Below are positions 8,162 to 19,801 of a stretch of 21,014 bases of DNA, piece by piece. The notes below the pieces were generated by a model. That model saw nothing but the letters and a program-made list of their open reading frames with translations, was not told the DNA's origin and ran no database searches. The translations under genes and the position numbers were made by a program. Position 1 is the stretch's first letter. Each line of letters starts with the position of its first letter. The stretch comes from Moniliella sp. 'wahieum' (taxonomy: Eukaryota): assembly GCA_003971905.1 (NCBI GenBank), contig RSEE01000077.1:310001-331014 (forward strand). Reading direction: 5' to 3'.

Positions 8162-10042
8162 ATGTCCATCCTCGGGCTTCCCGACGAGGTGCTCCTGCAC
8201 ATTGTCCAGTCCGTCGCGCACGCACACCATGTGTCTCGTGTGGCCCAAACCTGTCGGCGGCTACGGGCGATCGCTACGACGGATGCCGTGTGGCGGCCCT
8301 TGGTCCACCGCCGCTTTGGCCGATCCTTCCTGGCCTCTGCGTCGCGCCGTCGGCGCGTCGCTGCGCCTCTGCCTCTCCCGCCCGCATCCACACGCGCGGG
8401 TGGAAACAAATCTACTCGGCACTGCTTGCGTGGCGGCGTGGGGTGTACCGCGTGATTCGGCTGACCCCACCCGCGCCTTGCTTGCACTTCCTCTCGCCCC
8501 GCCTCTCTCCTCCGGCAGAGCCAGGCTCCCATTGTACGGGCAGCGGGACGAGTGCTCTGCCTGGTCCACCGGGCGGCGCCAGCATTTGTATCCACGTCCT
8601 CGGCCCTGGATCTTTGGCTGATCACGACACCCTCCGACTAGCCAAGCCGGATGCCCAGCTCATCACTCCAGACGGGTGGGGACCGGTAGTTCAACTGGCA
8701 CTCGATGGCCCGGCCCGCGACGCGGCATCCCTCATCCACTTGGCCGCTGTATATGCATCGGGGGCGATCTGTGTCCACCGGCTGCAACTACGTGCCAAAC
8801 GGATGGATCTGCAGGTTGGGTCAAGACGTGCATGTGGCCCAAACTCCACCCTGTGCTGCTCTCTCACCGCGGCGGAACCAGCAGGAGGCGAGGTATGGGA
8901 TGGGTGTGGTGACAAAGTGTGCACTTTGTGGTCCGTTGTTGGCGCTGTTATCTAGTTCGGGTCGATTGACTATCCTGTGTATCGAGGGCGCCGGGCATCT
9001 CGAACCTGTCCTCCGATTCTCCGGACCGCGGAGTCAAGGGCGGGGCAGTGGAACTGGCATTATCGCGCTTCCACCCGCGCAAAATGGGCTGCCCTACCTC
9101 TTCAACGAGCTTCTTCGCCTATTTTCACCAACCGTCCCCGGTCGAACAACTTTGTTTGCACCTTGGCCTATACGGCCTCCGTGGCCACCCGAACGCTCGT
9201 GGGAACGCAACAACTCGTATTTTCCCTCCCTCCCTCGGAAGGAGGTTTGGGCGAAAATACACTCGAATCGACATACGACCCCATGCTCTTTTCACCTGCG
9301 CTTTCCCCTCAAGGGCCGGCACGGGACTTGTGGGCAAGAAGAATGGCGGGAGATATAAGTCCACCCTGTCCCGTCCCTCGTTCTGTGTCTCCTTCTCTCC
9401 AAGGCAACCCAAGCCCAGTTTCTCTTGGGCATCTGGCTTGCCCGAGGAAGGACGCTTCGTTTCCCGTCCAAGCGGGCCAGAGGCATGTTCCCCCTCCCCT
9501 CTGCATCACCTTCTCCTCCTCGCCCCCCATGTGTACCGATGCGCGTGAGCCACCACCTACACCACCAGGAGAGCGTGTAGCAGAAGAAAGCTTGCTCGCA
9601 TTAGCACCGCCCTACCTCTTCCTTGCATCGGGGCATGGCGTGGAACTGTTCTACCTTGATTCTGCTCTTTCATCTGATCAAGCGGTTCTTCCTTTCTCTG
9701 CGCCGTTTATGGTCCGCCCCCACCGCGCACAGTGCCAACGTACTTTCTGTCTCGCTTTCTCCTAATTTGCACCGCGGCATCAGCGCCGCTGCCGATGGCA
9801 AGGTTCACGTGTGGCCACTTGCTCGGGTTCCGACGTGGCCAGCGCCGAGACTGAACAAGGCGGGACCACCTGCTTCCTGACGCGGTCCAAAGCCTGGCTT
9901 CTCTGTCGGTTCTAACGACAGCCAACGCTGGGGAACTGGCCGGCCGAGTGCAGTTTTGGACTGGCGGTTTGACTGCTTGGTGGCCAACGTGATGCGGCAA
10001 GGGGAAGAGCAGACGCAACTTTGGCGCTTGGGTGTGGATTGA
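8162..10042 (+). CDS. F-box protein, probably with a beta-rich C-terminal region; multiple frameshifts, end approximate
   Basis: N-terminal F-box MSILGLPDEVLLHIVQ...VSRVAQTCRRLRAIATTDAVWR, then GWKQIY...W. Overlapping plus-strand ORFs continue with strand-like motifs (LAAVYASGAICVH, ISAAADGKVHVW) and a last frame ending FDCLVANV...TQLWRLGVD* at 10042. Confidence 0.75.
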
Positions 10043-10817
10043 GTTGGTGTTGCCCCTGCAGGCGGAAAGTACCTTTGACGTACCGTCCTTTCCATCTGCA
10101 TTGCATGGTAGAGACAGGAAGCAACCCAAGGCGGAGGGTCCAGGCATAATGGAGCTGGCCAACAACAGATGAATCTGGCCGGATGAGAGGAAAAACAGAT
10201 GGAAGAACTTCGTGGAAGCGGCCGGCTATCAACAGCTCCACTGCAGTTTTGGGGATGGGGAGGGCAAGAGTGATGGATTCAGACCCTTCTCTCTACAGGA
10301 CTCGATGTTCAAAGAGGTGAGCCCGACCCTTTCACCTGATCAGAATCAGTCTGCCATTACATATTGCCTGAGGGTCCACCACACAGGCCCGTGTAGGTCC
10401 TAGTACTGTAACTAGTAATCCAGCCAATCTGTTCGTCTGGGTATATATGGACACAGATGAGCAAAATCTACTCACCGACAAACAGCTCCCCTTCTTCGAC
10501 CAACGTCCCGACGCAGAAACAACTTTTCACAAGGGCTGAAACGCAAAAAAGGGGAATCGATTTGGGGGACAGATGGGAAGGGAGGAAAAGGAAACGAGTG
10601 GGGAAAGACAGGCGTGTCGTTACGGGTGGTAAGGGAACACGGGCGGGTAGTCAAATGGATAAGCAAACAAACGATCGAGAGGGGTGCTAGACTCCCGAGG
10701 CCAGACCTGATATCGCGTTGAGATGGGTCGGCCAAGTAAAACAAGAAGAAGAAAATAGCGAACGAGTGGGCTCTTTCAAACATCATCACATCAACATCAT
10801 CCCCGCCATCACCAGAC

Positions 10818-13026
10818 CTACAGCGCGGCCACCGGTGAGAGCTGGTGCGGGTCAACCGTCTCAGGAGACTCGTCTTGGGTGCCGGCTCGATGGGCATCAT
10901 CTCTTGGCGCGGGTCGGCGAGGAAAGTGGAAGGCGCCGGTCGGTACCCGTTGCCATAGGGCGCCGGCGCCGGGGGCTCGTATTCCCACCCCGGGTATCGT
11001 GGGCATAATCCGACACGCCCCGCCGAGCGCTGGGAACGGACACTGCGCCCGCCCGCTGACCGGCCACCCGACGACAACCGGCGTCCCTGGTCGGACCGTT
11101 CCGAGCGCACCGAGCGGGCCGACCGGCCCGAGATGGACCGCGCAGCCGACATGTACTCTGGATTGGTCTCAGGACTGTGCACCGTCGGCGCCCGTCGCTG
11201 CGGTGCTCACCCGGCGCAAACTCGCTTTGGTCGGCTTGAGTTCCGAGCGCTTGGACCGCTGCGAGCGGCGGGACGAAGCAACGTCGTCCGCCGACTCAAA
11301 CGCAGGATCGTAAGTGCGCGCAGAGTGGATACGCACGTGGAACGGTCCACCGGACGCGCACGCACTTCACGTGAAAATAGCTCCGATTGCGGGCGCGGGC
11401 GCCCTGCGCTGAGGCCCCAGCCGAAGCCGCGGTCGTCCCGGGGAGCGGCTACGACCAAGGGAGCGGGACCGCGGGGCAGACAAAGCAGGTTCGGGGCGGC
11501 GGCACGGGCCCGCGCGCAGACCGCATGGTCCCCCCCTTGAATACGGGGCATTTTTCAGGCCATCGTCCGAATCCGATTCATCCCCCGAATGGGCATACGC
11601 CTCCGCAAACACCTCTTCCTCTGAATCGGGATTGGCTCTGAGCGACATGCGACGGGCCATGGTGGTGATCGAATGCCGCAGGGGAGACCTGTGCCCCTCT
11701 TGCCCCAGCTCGCTCTCGTCTCCGCTCGCCTCGTTATAACTCATGCCACGGCTTGGCTTACGGCGCCGCTCTGAGTCGGCACCGTCGCGGGGCCAAAGCA
11801 CGAGGGCCCGGGGCACCAGTCGCATCTTCCATTCCATAGCCATCCATCTGGTCCAAGGGAGCGTGCAGGTCATTCGGTTCCGATTCTGAACGAGTCAGTA
11901 GAGAGTATAAAGCTTGGACAGAAAGCAACGACTTACTATTCAGCCCAACCAGCTTGAGGAAACTTTTGGAGCGCTTGACATGCGGACGCGGGGGTTCCGG
12001 CTCCTGAACAACAAGCGGCACATCTTGGAGGTCAGACAGATAGGCTTGGACTACACCCGAACGTTGCCGCGATTGGGGCTTGCGGGCACCGGCACGGAAA
12101 GCCGCCTCCATGCTCACCGAGCTCGAGGTGGCCGTCTGACTGTCCTTGTCACTGTGATCGGGGTGACGGGTCGCCCGGGCTGGCTTAGCAAACTCAGTCC
12201 AGGGCTCCTCCGCATGACCCCACATATCCGCCATGAGGTTTGTTGAAGGCGTGTACTCGTCGTCTCCGACAGAACGCGGGCCACGGCGAGATGGTTGGGG
12301 CGCCATGCGAGGCCCTTGCATGTCAGCTGGGTAAGAGGCTTGGCCTGGGGCCATGTCAGCAAAAAGACCACGAGACCCAATCTGGGCATTGTGACTGTGG
12401 TACACGCCGCGTTCCTCTGCGGGCTCCATCAAGCCGCGAGCATTGCGGGCGCGGCCTGACTGACCAGGGCGCGAAGCAACATCGTAGGCCGAACTGTGGT
12501 GAAACGTGCTCTGACCGCGAATGCCCGTGTTGTCCAGAGTATCAATCACGTCCATACGGGAAGGGCGACGACGACCTTGCGAACGTGGCCCGTCTCGAGA
12601 AAGCGGGGCGGGGAATGGCTCATCGTTCGCATTTGCTGGATCTTCGAGGCCAGCGCCATTTCCCACGCGGGACAACCGGCGGCGAAAGGCACTGGCAAAG
12701 CGTCCCGCCACACCTGTATTCGGGGACAGCGCACCATCCATGTGATTATCGAGCGGGCTGCTAGGCTCGGGGCGCGAGTAGGGACTGATGTCGTCGGGAG
12801 GGCAGGGATCGGCAAACGAAGAAGAGGGCAGGGGGGGTGCGCCATTGCGACCGGAGCGCGTACCCGGCGGAGGGCCACCGTAGGCATCGAAGCCATTCTG
12901 GTCGGGAGGAGGGTAGCGGGGCTGGCGGCGCGGGCCACGAGCAGGCCGGTCAAAGCTGGGTTCGTCGTCGAACACGGGCTGGGGACGGGAGCCGCGAGCA
13001 CGCGCACGGGAGATATGGGCGGACAT
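10818..13026 (-). CDS. Pal1 cell-morphology family protein; probable intron 11886..11936; frameshifted low-complexity C-terminus, end approximate
   Basis: MSAHISRARARGS from ATG 13026 within ORF 11758..13611. Pal1-like signature MDVIDTLDNTGIRGQSTFHHSSAYDVA and WGHAEEPWTEF. Continues in ORFs 11367..11873 and 10472..11182 (S/R-rich, KTSLLRRL). Confidence 0.75.
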
Positions 13027-13505
13027 GGCACCGGTGGGGAGGGGGAGGGGGGAGGGGTGGCGGCGGGAGGACAAGAAAAGATGCGAGGGCTCGGGCATGT
13101 AATGTGCAAAGCGGGGCAGGCGGCGGGGACGGGTGGATGCGCATGGCGTCGGTTGGGCACACTGGTGGGGTGCGGGAGGGGCCGTGAAACCTGAGGCGCT
13201 GGTTGGGGTGTGTGACTTGCCCTGGCCCACCCCGCCCGGCTGCGAAGCAACCCCGCACCCAGCAGCCGCCGGCAGGAGGGCAGTCAGCGCGCGCTTTGGC
13301 TGTCGGCAGGCGCAAGGGCACACGCGCAGTGTCGTGCGCCCGGCGCCCCGCGAGTGTGTGTCCAAACCACCCCGCAAGGCCATCTGACCCGCAGAGGCAG
13401 CATCGACCGCGCGGGCCAAAGGCGGGCTGGGTAGGGTTAGCGGGAGCCGGTGGCCGGTGAGCGCGGCGCCACCGCTGAGCGCCAGAGTGTTGCTCAGCCT
13501 CAGCA

Positions 13506-13531
13506 CTGATGCATGATGCATGATGCAGATG
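13506..13531. repeat. Short (TGATGCA)n tandem repeat in the Pal1-VMA16 divergent intergenic region
   Basis: tgatgcatgatgcatgatgcagatgc read directly. Confidence 0.7.
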
Positions 13532-14147
13532 CAATCCATGATCCACTGCGGCCGCATCGCTGATACATGGCAGTGCTGATCATCGGGCCAGCCTCCATCC
13601 CGCCGACACATTCAGCTTTGTAACATGTAACCCGGCAGCCACCAGCGCTCTTACTCAGCCCCCCGCCGCTTGGGCCACCACAAAGCATACGCAGCACACG
13701 CTACCACCCCACCCCAACACCACAATTGCATATGGCCTCCTCCGCATCGACAACGCCGTCCACACGGCCACTCTTGGCCTATCTGGCCACAGGTCCTTGC
13801 CCCATCGGAGCACCATCTGGCCATCCCACCGCCACCGTCGTTTGCTTTCTCGTTCGTTGGGAGCGCGTCCCCAGGATCCCCGGGGGACCCTGCCTTCGCG
13901 GGCGAGTTGTGGCTGGCAACCCGCACCCATTAAGGATGGTCGATGGCGCCTAGGCAAAAACACAGCCGCTCTGAGACACTCATTTGCACCGAACGCTGGT
14001 GGGGGCCACCAAGGGCGGAATGTGTCTCTCGTTCCGCGCGTCCTTCGAACTGGCTACGCCTGGCGCGTGGGTGTGGTGGCCGCTGGGCGTCGCACAGACG
14101 CTGGCCAGCGTGGTCGGTGCGTGCCCAGCCCACCATCCTCACCTGCA

Positions 14148-14856
14148 ATGTCCTTGGCCCTGCACACTGTTGGCGCCACAACAGGCTTCCTGGGTGCCGT
14201 CGGTGCCTACCTGCTCTTCACTGGCAATGGTGAGGCGTTCAACCCAGGCCAGTTCCTCGAGGACACCTCCCCTTACGCTTGGGCCATGCTCGGCATTGGC
14301 ATGTGCATTGGTCTCTCGGTCGTCGGGGCCGGCTGGGGCATCTACGTCACAGGTGCCTCCATTCTTGGTGCCGGTGTCCGTACCCCGAGGATTACGACCA
14401 AGAATCTCATCTCGATCATCTTTTGTGAAGTGGTCGCCATCTATGGTGTGATCATGACCATCGTCTTTAGCGCCAAGATCAACGGTAACCTCCAGGCCGG
14501 ACTCGACACATTGTTCACCAAGGAAAACTACTTTACCGGTAGGTACCTGACGCCTTCTCTCGCCTTTTTTTCTTCCTTCTTTCCTAGTCTTCCTGTTTGG
14601 CTATTGACACTCTCATTCCCCTTCAGGCCACCTGCTCTTCTGGGGCGGTTTGACGGTGGGCGCGTGCAACTTGATTTGCGGTGCGGCAGTAGGCGTGACA
14701 GGTGCCAACGCGGCCGTGGCGGATGCGGCGGATCCGCAGCTGTTTGTCAAGATTCTGATTGTCGAGGTGTTTAGTTCCATTCTCGGCCTGTTTGGCTTGA
14801 TCATCGGTCTCATCCTCACCTCGCGCGCCAAGGATTTTGGCACCGAGCCGTTCTAA
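14148..14856 (+). CDS. VMA16: V-type ATPase V0 proteolipid subunit c'' (21 kDa); exons 14148-14538 and 14627-14856
   Basis: [46 protein letters not shown] (conserved Glu). Intron 14539..14626 (GTAGGT..TTGAC..CAG) gives [20 protein letters not shown]...[23 protein letters not shown]. Intact frame. Confidence 0.97.
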
Positions 14857-15046
14857 CTGCTCCCCTGCCCCCGGCCATCCCCTTTGGGCAAAACACACAC
14901 GGGAGCGCATGTGTGTGGGGCTCGTTGGCTTCGATGCGCTTCCGCTCCATCTTTTCTTCTCTCTCTCCTTCCCCCCCGCTCTCCCTCGTCTACTGCATGC
15001 GATCCAATCCCAGGAGCATTATAGATTCGAGATGGGGACTGGTATC

Positions 15047-16343
15047 TTACTCATGCGCCGAATGGGTCACCCCGGCAACAGGGGGTACCCCCAGCTCAGC
15101 CAACATGGTGGGAACGCTAATCGGGTCCTTGGCTAGCGCCTCGGCCTCTTTCGGACTGCGCACGAGGATCATGCCGGCATAGCCTTTTTCAGGGGATTAG
15201 CGGGAGCGATAGCACAGCAGAAGGAACGTACCCATTGCGTTCACACTGAGCCGGCCCAGTTTTTTCTCATTGACCTCGCCCCATTCACCAGGAAGCGCGT
15301 ATACCTCGCGAGAGCGAGGGATGAGGTGCATAGCGCGTCGCGAGAGAAGCATATTGAAAGAACCAAACTTGCTCTGGGGTGCCGTTGGGCTGACATCTTG
15401 GGTAGCAGCCTTGTGGTGGTCCGCTTGGTTCTTGGTGTCGAGCAAGTCGACCAAACGCTGCATCAGGTACATTTCCGCCCCTTTCTTCTTCAGCTCAACT
15501 GGGTCGATCAGAGCCACATAGTGCTGCCACGGAACAGGCAGGGCATGTACATGTCCTACTCGCAGGTCCAGGATCAGCGTCAGCGCGTCCGCCCTCAACT
15601 TCGGCAATCATTAATCAACAGGCGGCGGCACCGGTGGATGTGAACATACGAAATTCGGACCCGTCCCGCTCGATCGAGGTGAGGAGACGTTCGATGGGGA
15701 TCGTACCCTCGGCATCATCGGCCGGGGGATGCTCGTCCGGGTCCACCCGTCTGGCAACATCTCCTCTCGCCGCACCTCAATCAGCTGAAGGTGACAGTGT
15801 TTTTGCGATGCGCCTGACTCCAACCACAGTTGAAGAAGGCCATCATCTCCTCCTCAGCCGGGTCGCCATGGAAACCAGCAACGAAGCGATACGCTTCGGT
15901 CAACAGTGCGGGAGGAGGCGGCAGGTTCTGGGGCACAAACTCCTTGGTGACCAGCAAGGCGTGCCGAGGCACAACACAGTACTTGTTGAGGAGCACAATA
16001 CCTCCCTCGGGTTCCGTCTCACTGACGAGCAAGTTGGGCACATAGGGCGGCGCAAACGGATCCGCTTTGTTCTGCTCCCCACTGGCCGGCTTGACTGCAT
16101 TGGGCGTGGGCTTTTGCAACAGCGCAGGTACCTCTCGTACAATAAAATCAATGTCGAGCGTCTTGATCTCGCGGTCTTCGGGTTTGGCATCGGGGGGGCA
16201 GACGGGGTAGCGGCAGCCTCCTGTGGGTTGGCAGGCTGAGTCAGGACGCGCACGGTGGAGGGGAAGTAGAAGGCGTCGCCGGCAGCGAGGGCGAGGTCGT
16301 ACTGCTTGGCGACCTTTTTGCGAAGCTGGGCAGCGGTGGACAT
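15047..16343 (-). CDS. APA2: ATP adenylyltransferase / Ap4A phosphorylase (Apa1/Apa2 family, HIT-like); intron 15184..15231; frameshifted
   Basis: MSTAAQLRKKVAKQYDLALAAGD, DPFAPPYVPNLLV, VLLNKYCVVPRHALLVT, AFFNCG / SGASQKHCHLQ (HxHxQ catalytic motif), SFNMLLSRRAMHLIPRSRE, LSVNAM spliced to GYAGMILVRS...E*. The family is clear; APA1 versus APA2 cannot be resolved. Confidence 0.93.
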
Positions 16344-16745
16344 GGTGCGGGCCGCTGAAGGCGAACGGGGTGGAGAAGGAGGAGGACGGGGCGCGGCAGG
16401 CGCGAAGGCGCAGCGGTGGGGGGGGGGCCAGGCGACGAGGGCGGAGCTGGCGCAGACAGCCAATCATAAACAACAGGAGTAGGCCGCAGGCGTTGGGCGC
16501 GAGAGACGCCGCTCGGGGGGCTCGGAGCGGAGCAGGAGGGTCAAGACGGGCGTGAACATTTCAGGCGGGCGGCGCCGAGGGGCTGAGGATGCCCGAATGG
16601 CGAAGCTTGAAGCTTGAGGGAGGCAGCAGGCGGCGGAGCTTCCCGCGGATCGAAGGAGGCTTTGATCATTGATCCTTGCACCCCTCGGCCTCGCCCGCCC
16701 GGACGGTCTTCGAGCGGAGCGCCCCTCCTGCGCCCCCGACCACCC

Positions 16746-18137
16746 ATGGATGCTGGAGGACTGTCGAGACGACGCGCTCATGGCCGCCGCTCCGTCCCCG
16801 CCGGCCCAGATGGCGATGGGCCCCAGGACGATGCCTCGCCGCATCTGCACATGCTCTCCCCCACCTCTCGTCCCCGCCATCCACCCGCCGGGCAGCCACC
16901 GCCCCCCACACCTACCGCCTCCCGGACTCGGACCACCCCATTGCGTTTGACCCACGCGACCTCGCCGATGGCGGTGTCCCAGCGGGCCAGCCCCGGCCAC
17001 CCCGGCTGACCATCATGGAGGAAGTGCTGCTGCTGGGCATGAAGGACCATGCGGGCTACCTCTCCTTTTGGAACGACAGCATCTCCTACTCGCTCCGCGG
17101 TGCTGTCCTGCTCGAGCTGGCCCTGCGTGGACGCATTAGGATCGCACAAGATCCGCAGCGCTATGACTGGGCTGTGCAGGAGCGAGGGCTCGAAGTTGCG
17201 TCGCGGCAGCCAACGGGCGATGTGTGCTGGACGAGACGTTGCGCCACATGGCGCTGTACGAGGCCAAACAGACAGCCCTCGGCATCTACAAGCGCAAGTC
17301 CTGTGTTCAGTGGACCGATGTGCTTGCTGGAGAGACATGGGACCCAAAGCAGATCACGTACCAGCTCCGGGCCGTTCGAGAGCGCCTGGCCAAGGGCTTG
17401 GTCGACAAGGGCGTCCTCCGCACCGAAAAGTCCAGCATCCTCTTCTTTGACGTGACCACCCACCCCCTGGAAGATGTGGCGGCGAAGCAAGCCGTAGTGC
17501 GCAGGGTGCATTCCATACTCGTGTCCCCCAAAGCCAAGACAGGGAGAGATGTGTCTCCCATGGGAGTTAGTCCCGACTCGCTCTACGCCGAGGAACGAGA
17601 CCCTGTACCTTTCCCGGTCATACGAGCCCTTTGTACCGTCTGCGCAGCGTTGGCGGCCAATGTGTTGGAAAATGCGTTGGTAAACCTCAGCTTTACCCGG
17701 CGAGAGGCGGCGTTTGAGCGGCGGACGCGTTGATTGCCGAACTGGGGCAGTGGCCGATGGCTCCCACCTTGCCAATGGGCAACATTGGCAATCCCTCCCG
17801 TCCAAAAGAGCTACCGGCCACCACGGATGCGGCCAGGAGAAGCAAGCGTGTCATGCCTAGCAGTCTTGCCGCCGGCAGCGTAGCCCAGTTAGAACCCGAT
17901 GAAGGGACTGATGAGGGGCGATCCACCTTGGCCCTCAATTCTCTGCTGGCCATGGTGCGGGACGAGATGGAAGCAGCGGGAGGAGCGGTAGCCGAGGGTC
18001 AATTCGAAGCGATCGCAGGCATCTTGGGTGCTTTGGCCCGAATGGATTGCCTTGTACGTGTCACATGTAACCATGTAACCCCTCTTGATGGATCCCATGT
18101 GTACCCCAGTACTAACCTATCACACGTTCAGATTTGA
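16746..18137 (+). CDS. VPS74: Golgi phosphoprotein 3 / Vps74 (PI4P-binding); last intron 18054..18131; frameshifted
   Basis: MDAGGLSRRR N-terminus, IAFDPRDL, PRLTIMEEVLLLGMKD, GYLSFWNDSISYSLRGAVLLELALRGRI, LDETL, GETW, YQLRAVRERLAKGLVDKGVLRTEK, FDVTTHP, AANVLEN. A GTACGT..ACTAAC..CAG intron gives terminal MDCLI*. Confidence 0.94.
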
Positions 18138-18360
18138 CCCTATCATGCCAATACCCAGCCCCCCTCTCCTTACGCCGCGTTGCATTGTGCTTCCAACGTT
18201 TTTTGCATCCTTCATTGTTCGGTCCCGACTGGCCCATCCTCCTTTCGTCTCTCACATGCAACCGATCTAAATGACCTTCCACCCCTTTCGTTCACCCTTG
18301 CTTCTTAGCTCCTACCACATGCCAAGCGCCATCATCCCCCCGATTTCCCCCGCACGCTCA

Positions 18361-19725
18361 ATGCAATGGGGACATCGTGCAACATATGCCCTCCCATTTG
18401 GCGTGGCCTTGCTACCTACCCCTAGGCGCGAAGAGGCCTCCGACGCACAAACTCTCAGCAACAACAGCATCGTATGGTGCGCCCAACCCACACGCCTGCG
18501 CCCACCTGGTTCTATCAACTCTCCGTGTCGCGCAACACCCACTGTCCCTTGCTTCGTCGGTCGGCAAGGGTATCTGTGCAGTGTAGCACTCTGGTGGTGG
18601 AAGTCGCAGTGTGGAAAGGAACATACCCCGGCGACCCGGCCAAGGTGAGCAAGGAAGCAATTTTGAAAATGGGAATGGGAAAAGAGCATCGGCACTAACC
18701 ACTGCGCCATTGTTGTTGCCCCTCGAAAAAGAGGCTGGGACGCGGTACATAGTCGTTCAGCCCGCTGTGGGACTCGACGCGATCCAAGGATGGACCAGTT
18801 GGGAGCTACCTCGTGTCGCATTGGTTGGTCGCCCGGGTCTGCCGAAGGAAGTCCAACGTTATATGCGGAGCAATTCTCCTGCCTCGCTCCCCGCCAAAGA
18901 TAAGGTGCATCTGCGGAACAAGGCTGTGGCACACAGTTCAGGTGAAGGGAATTTCGACCCTCCGAGGCGGGGGGTATATGCGCAGAACAGGGACTAGTGA
19001 AGGTACAGAACAAGTCTGTGCCGCAGGAGTCGGAAATGGTATATCCCGGTTGACAAAAGAGTGAGGTATATAGTTCGCCTTTTGGGAAAGAGGGAAAGAG
19101 GGAAAGAGGGATGGCCCATTTAAGGAACCGCACGGCAGCTACGTTTCCACTAGACATGCCTGTTACCTTTCCCCCTGAGTTGACACACGGGGGGGGGGAG
19201 GACGGATTGTGATGGATCCATTAGTTAAGAAGGACCGGGACATATAGTCTCCCAGGGTAGGAAGAACAATCGTTTTGACAAGAATGATTCGATAGTAGCA
19301 ATGACGGGAAGAAGCGCAAATATCATTCAGATATACTGAAGGTGGCTTCCACCTTGGGGCCAAACCATGTCTTCCATGTATGTGGCACACTTAGAATGGT
19401 CCAGTGTCCTCAGTCGATATATGTGGATGAGGCCCGATCCACTTTCGTCGTTCTTCTCTGTCAACAATCGTCATCAGGTAGCATCGATAACACCCCTACG
19501 GAACCTAACGTCCCTCTTGGCAAGGTGCAACAACACTTAAACCTCTCTAACGAAGAGGGTGTAGCCAAGAGAGGAATCGCTACAAATCTCATCCCTACAT
19601 CTATACTCGGCAGAAAGCCTGCTGTTGTTGGCAACGCGAGTAAGTGGATTTTGCAAGAACTGGCTCTCGGGTTCCAAAACGTTGAATCGAACGAGCTTCC
19701 CAAACGAGGGAGGTGTGCAGAATGA
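18361..19725 (+). CDS. Probable fragmented gene of unknown function; boundaries very uncertain
   Basis: A 1.6-kb gap in an otherwise tightly packed region holds a chain of plus-strand ORFs (18377, 18474, 18611, 19342) with protein-like segments. No family is firmly recognised. Confidence 0.35.
19084..19110. repeat. 8-bp tandem repeat (GGGAAAGA)x3
   Basis: gggaaagagggaaagagggaaagaggg read directly. Confidence 0.8.
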
Positions 19726-19801
19726 TGTGGAAAGAACAAATACTGAAAGGTGCAGAAGATTGAGGGGATGCCGTTGAGGGTGGTGGGGGATGGGGTTGGA
19801 A

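Noticed and set aside
10043..10817. Possible extra gene between the F-box and Pal1-like genes
   Set aside because: Only short ORFs with no motif; compatible with convergent 3' UTRs.
13027..14147. Long N-terminal ORF extensions of Pal1 (to 13611) and Vma16 (from 13797), and a possible C/D snoRNA near 13500-13585
   Set aside because: The extensions start at non-ATG codons in GC-rich, stop-poor DNA and the true starts fit 13026 and 14148. No proper C box (RTGATGA) or convincing guide is present; the signal comes from a short tandem repeat.
18312..19157. 281-aa minus-strand ORF
   Set aside because: Cys/Pro/Arg-rich composition with a translated 8-bp repeat and no recognisable motif; the plus-strand fragments look more protein-like, though this ORF cannot be fully excluded.
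18140..19800. DarT-like ADP-ribosyltransferase toxin partner next to the NADAR gene
   Set aside because: I found no ADP-ribosyltransferase catalytic motifs in any frame, and fungal NADARs occur without such partners.
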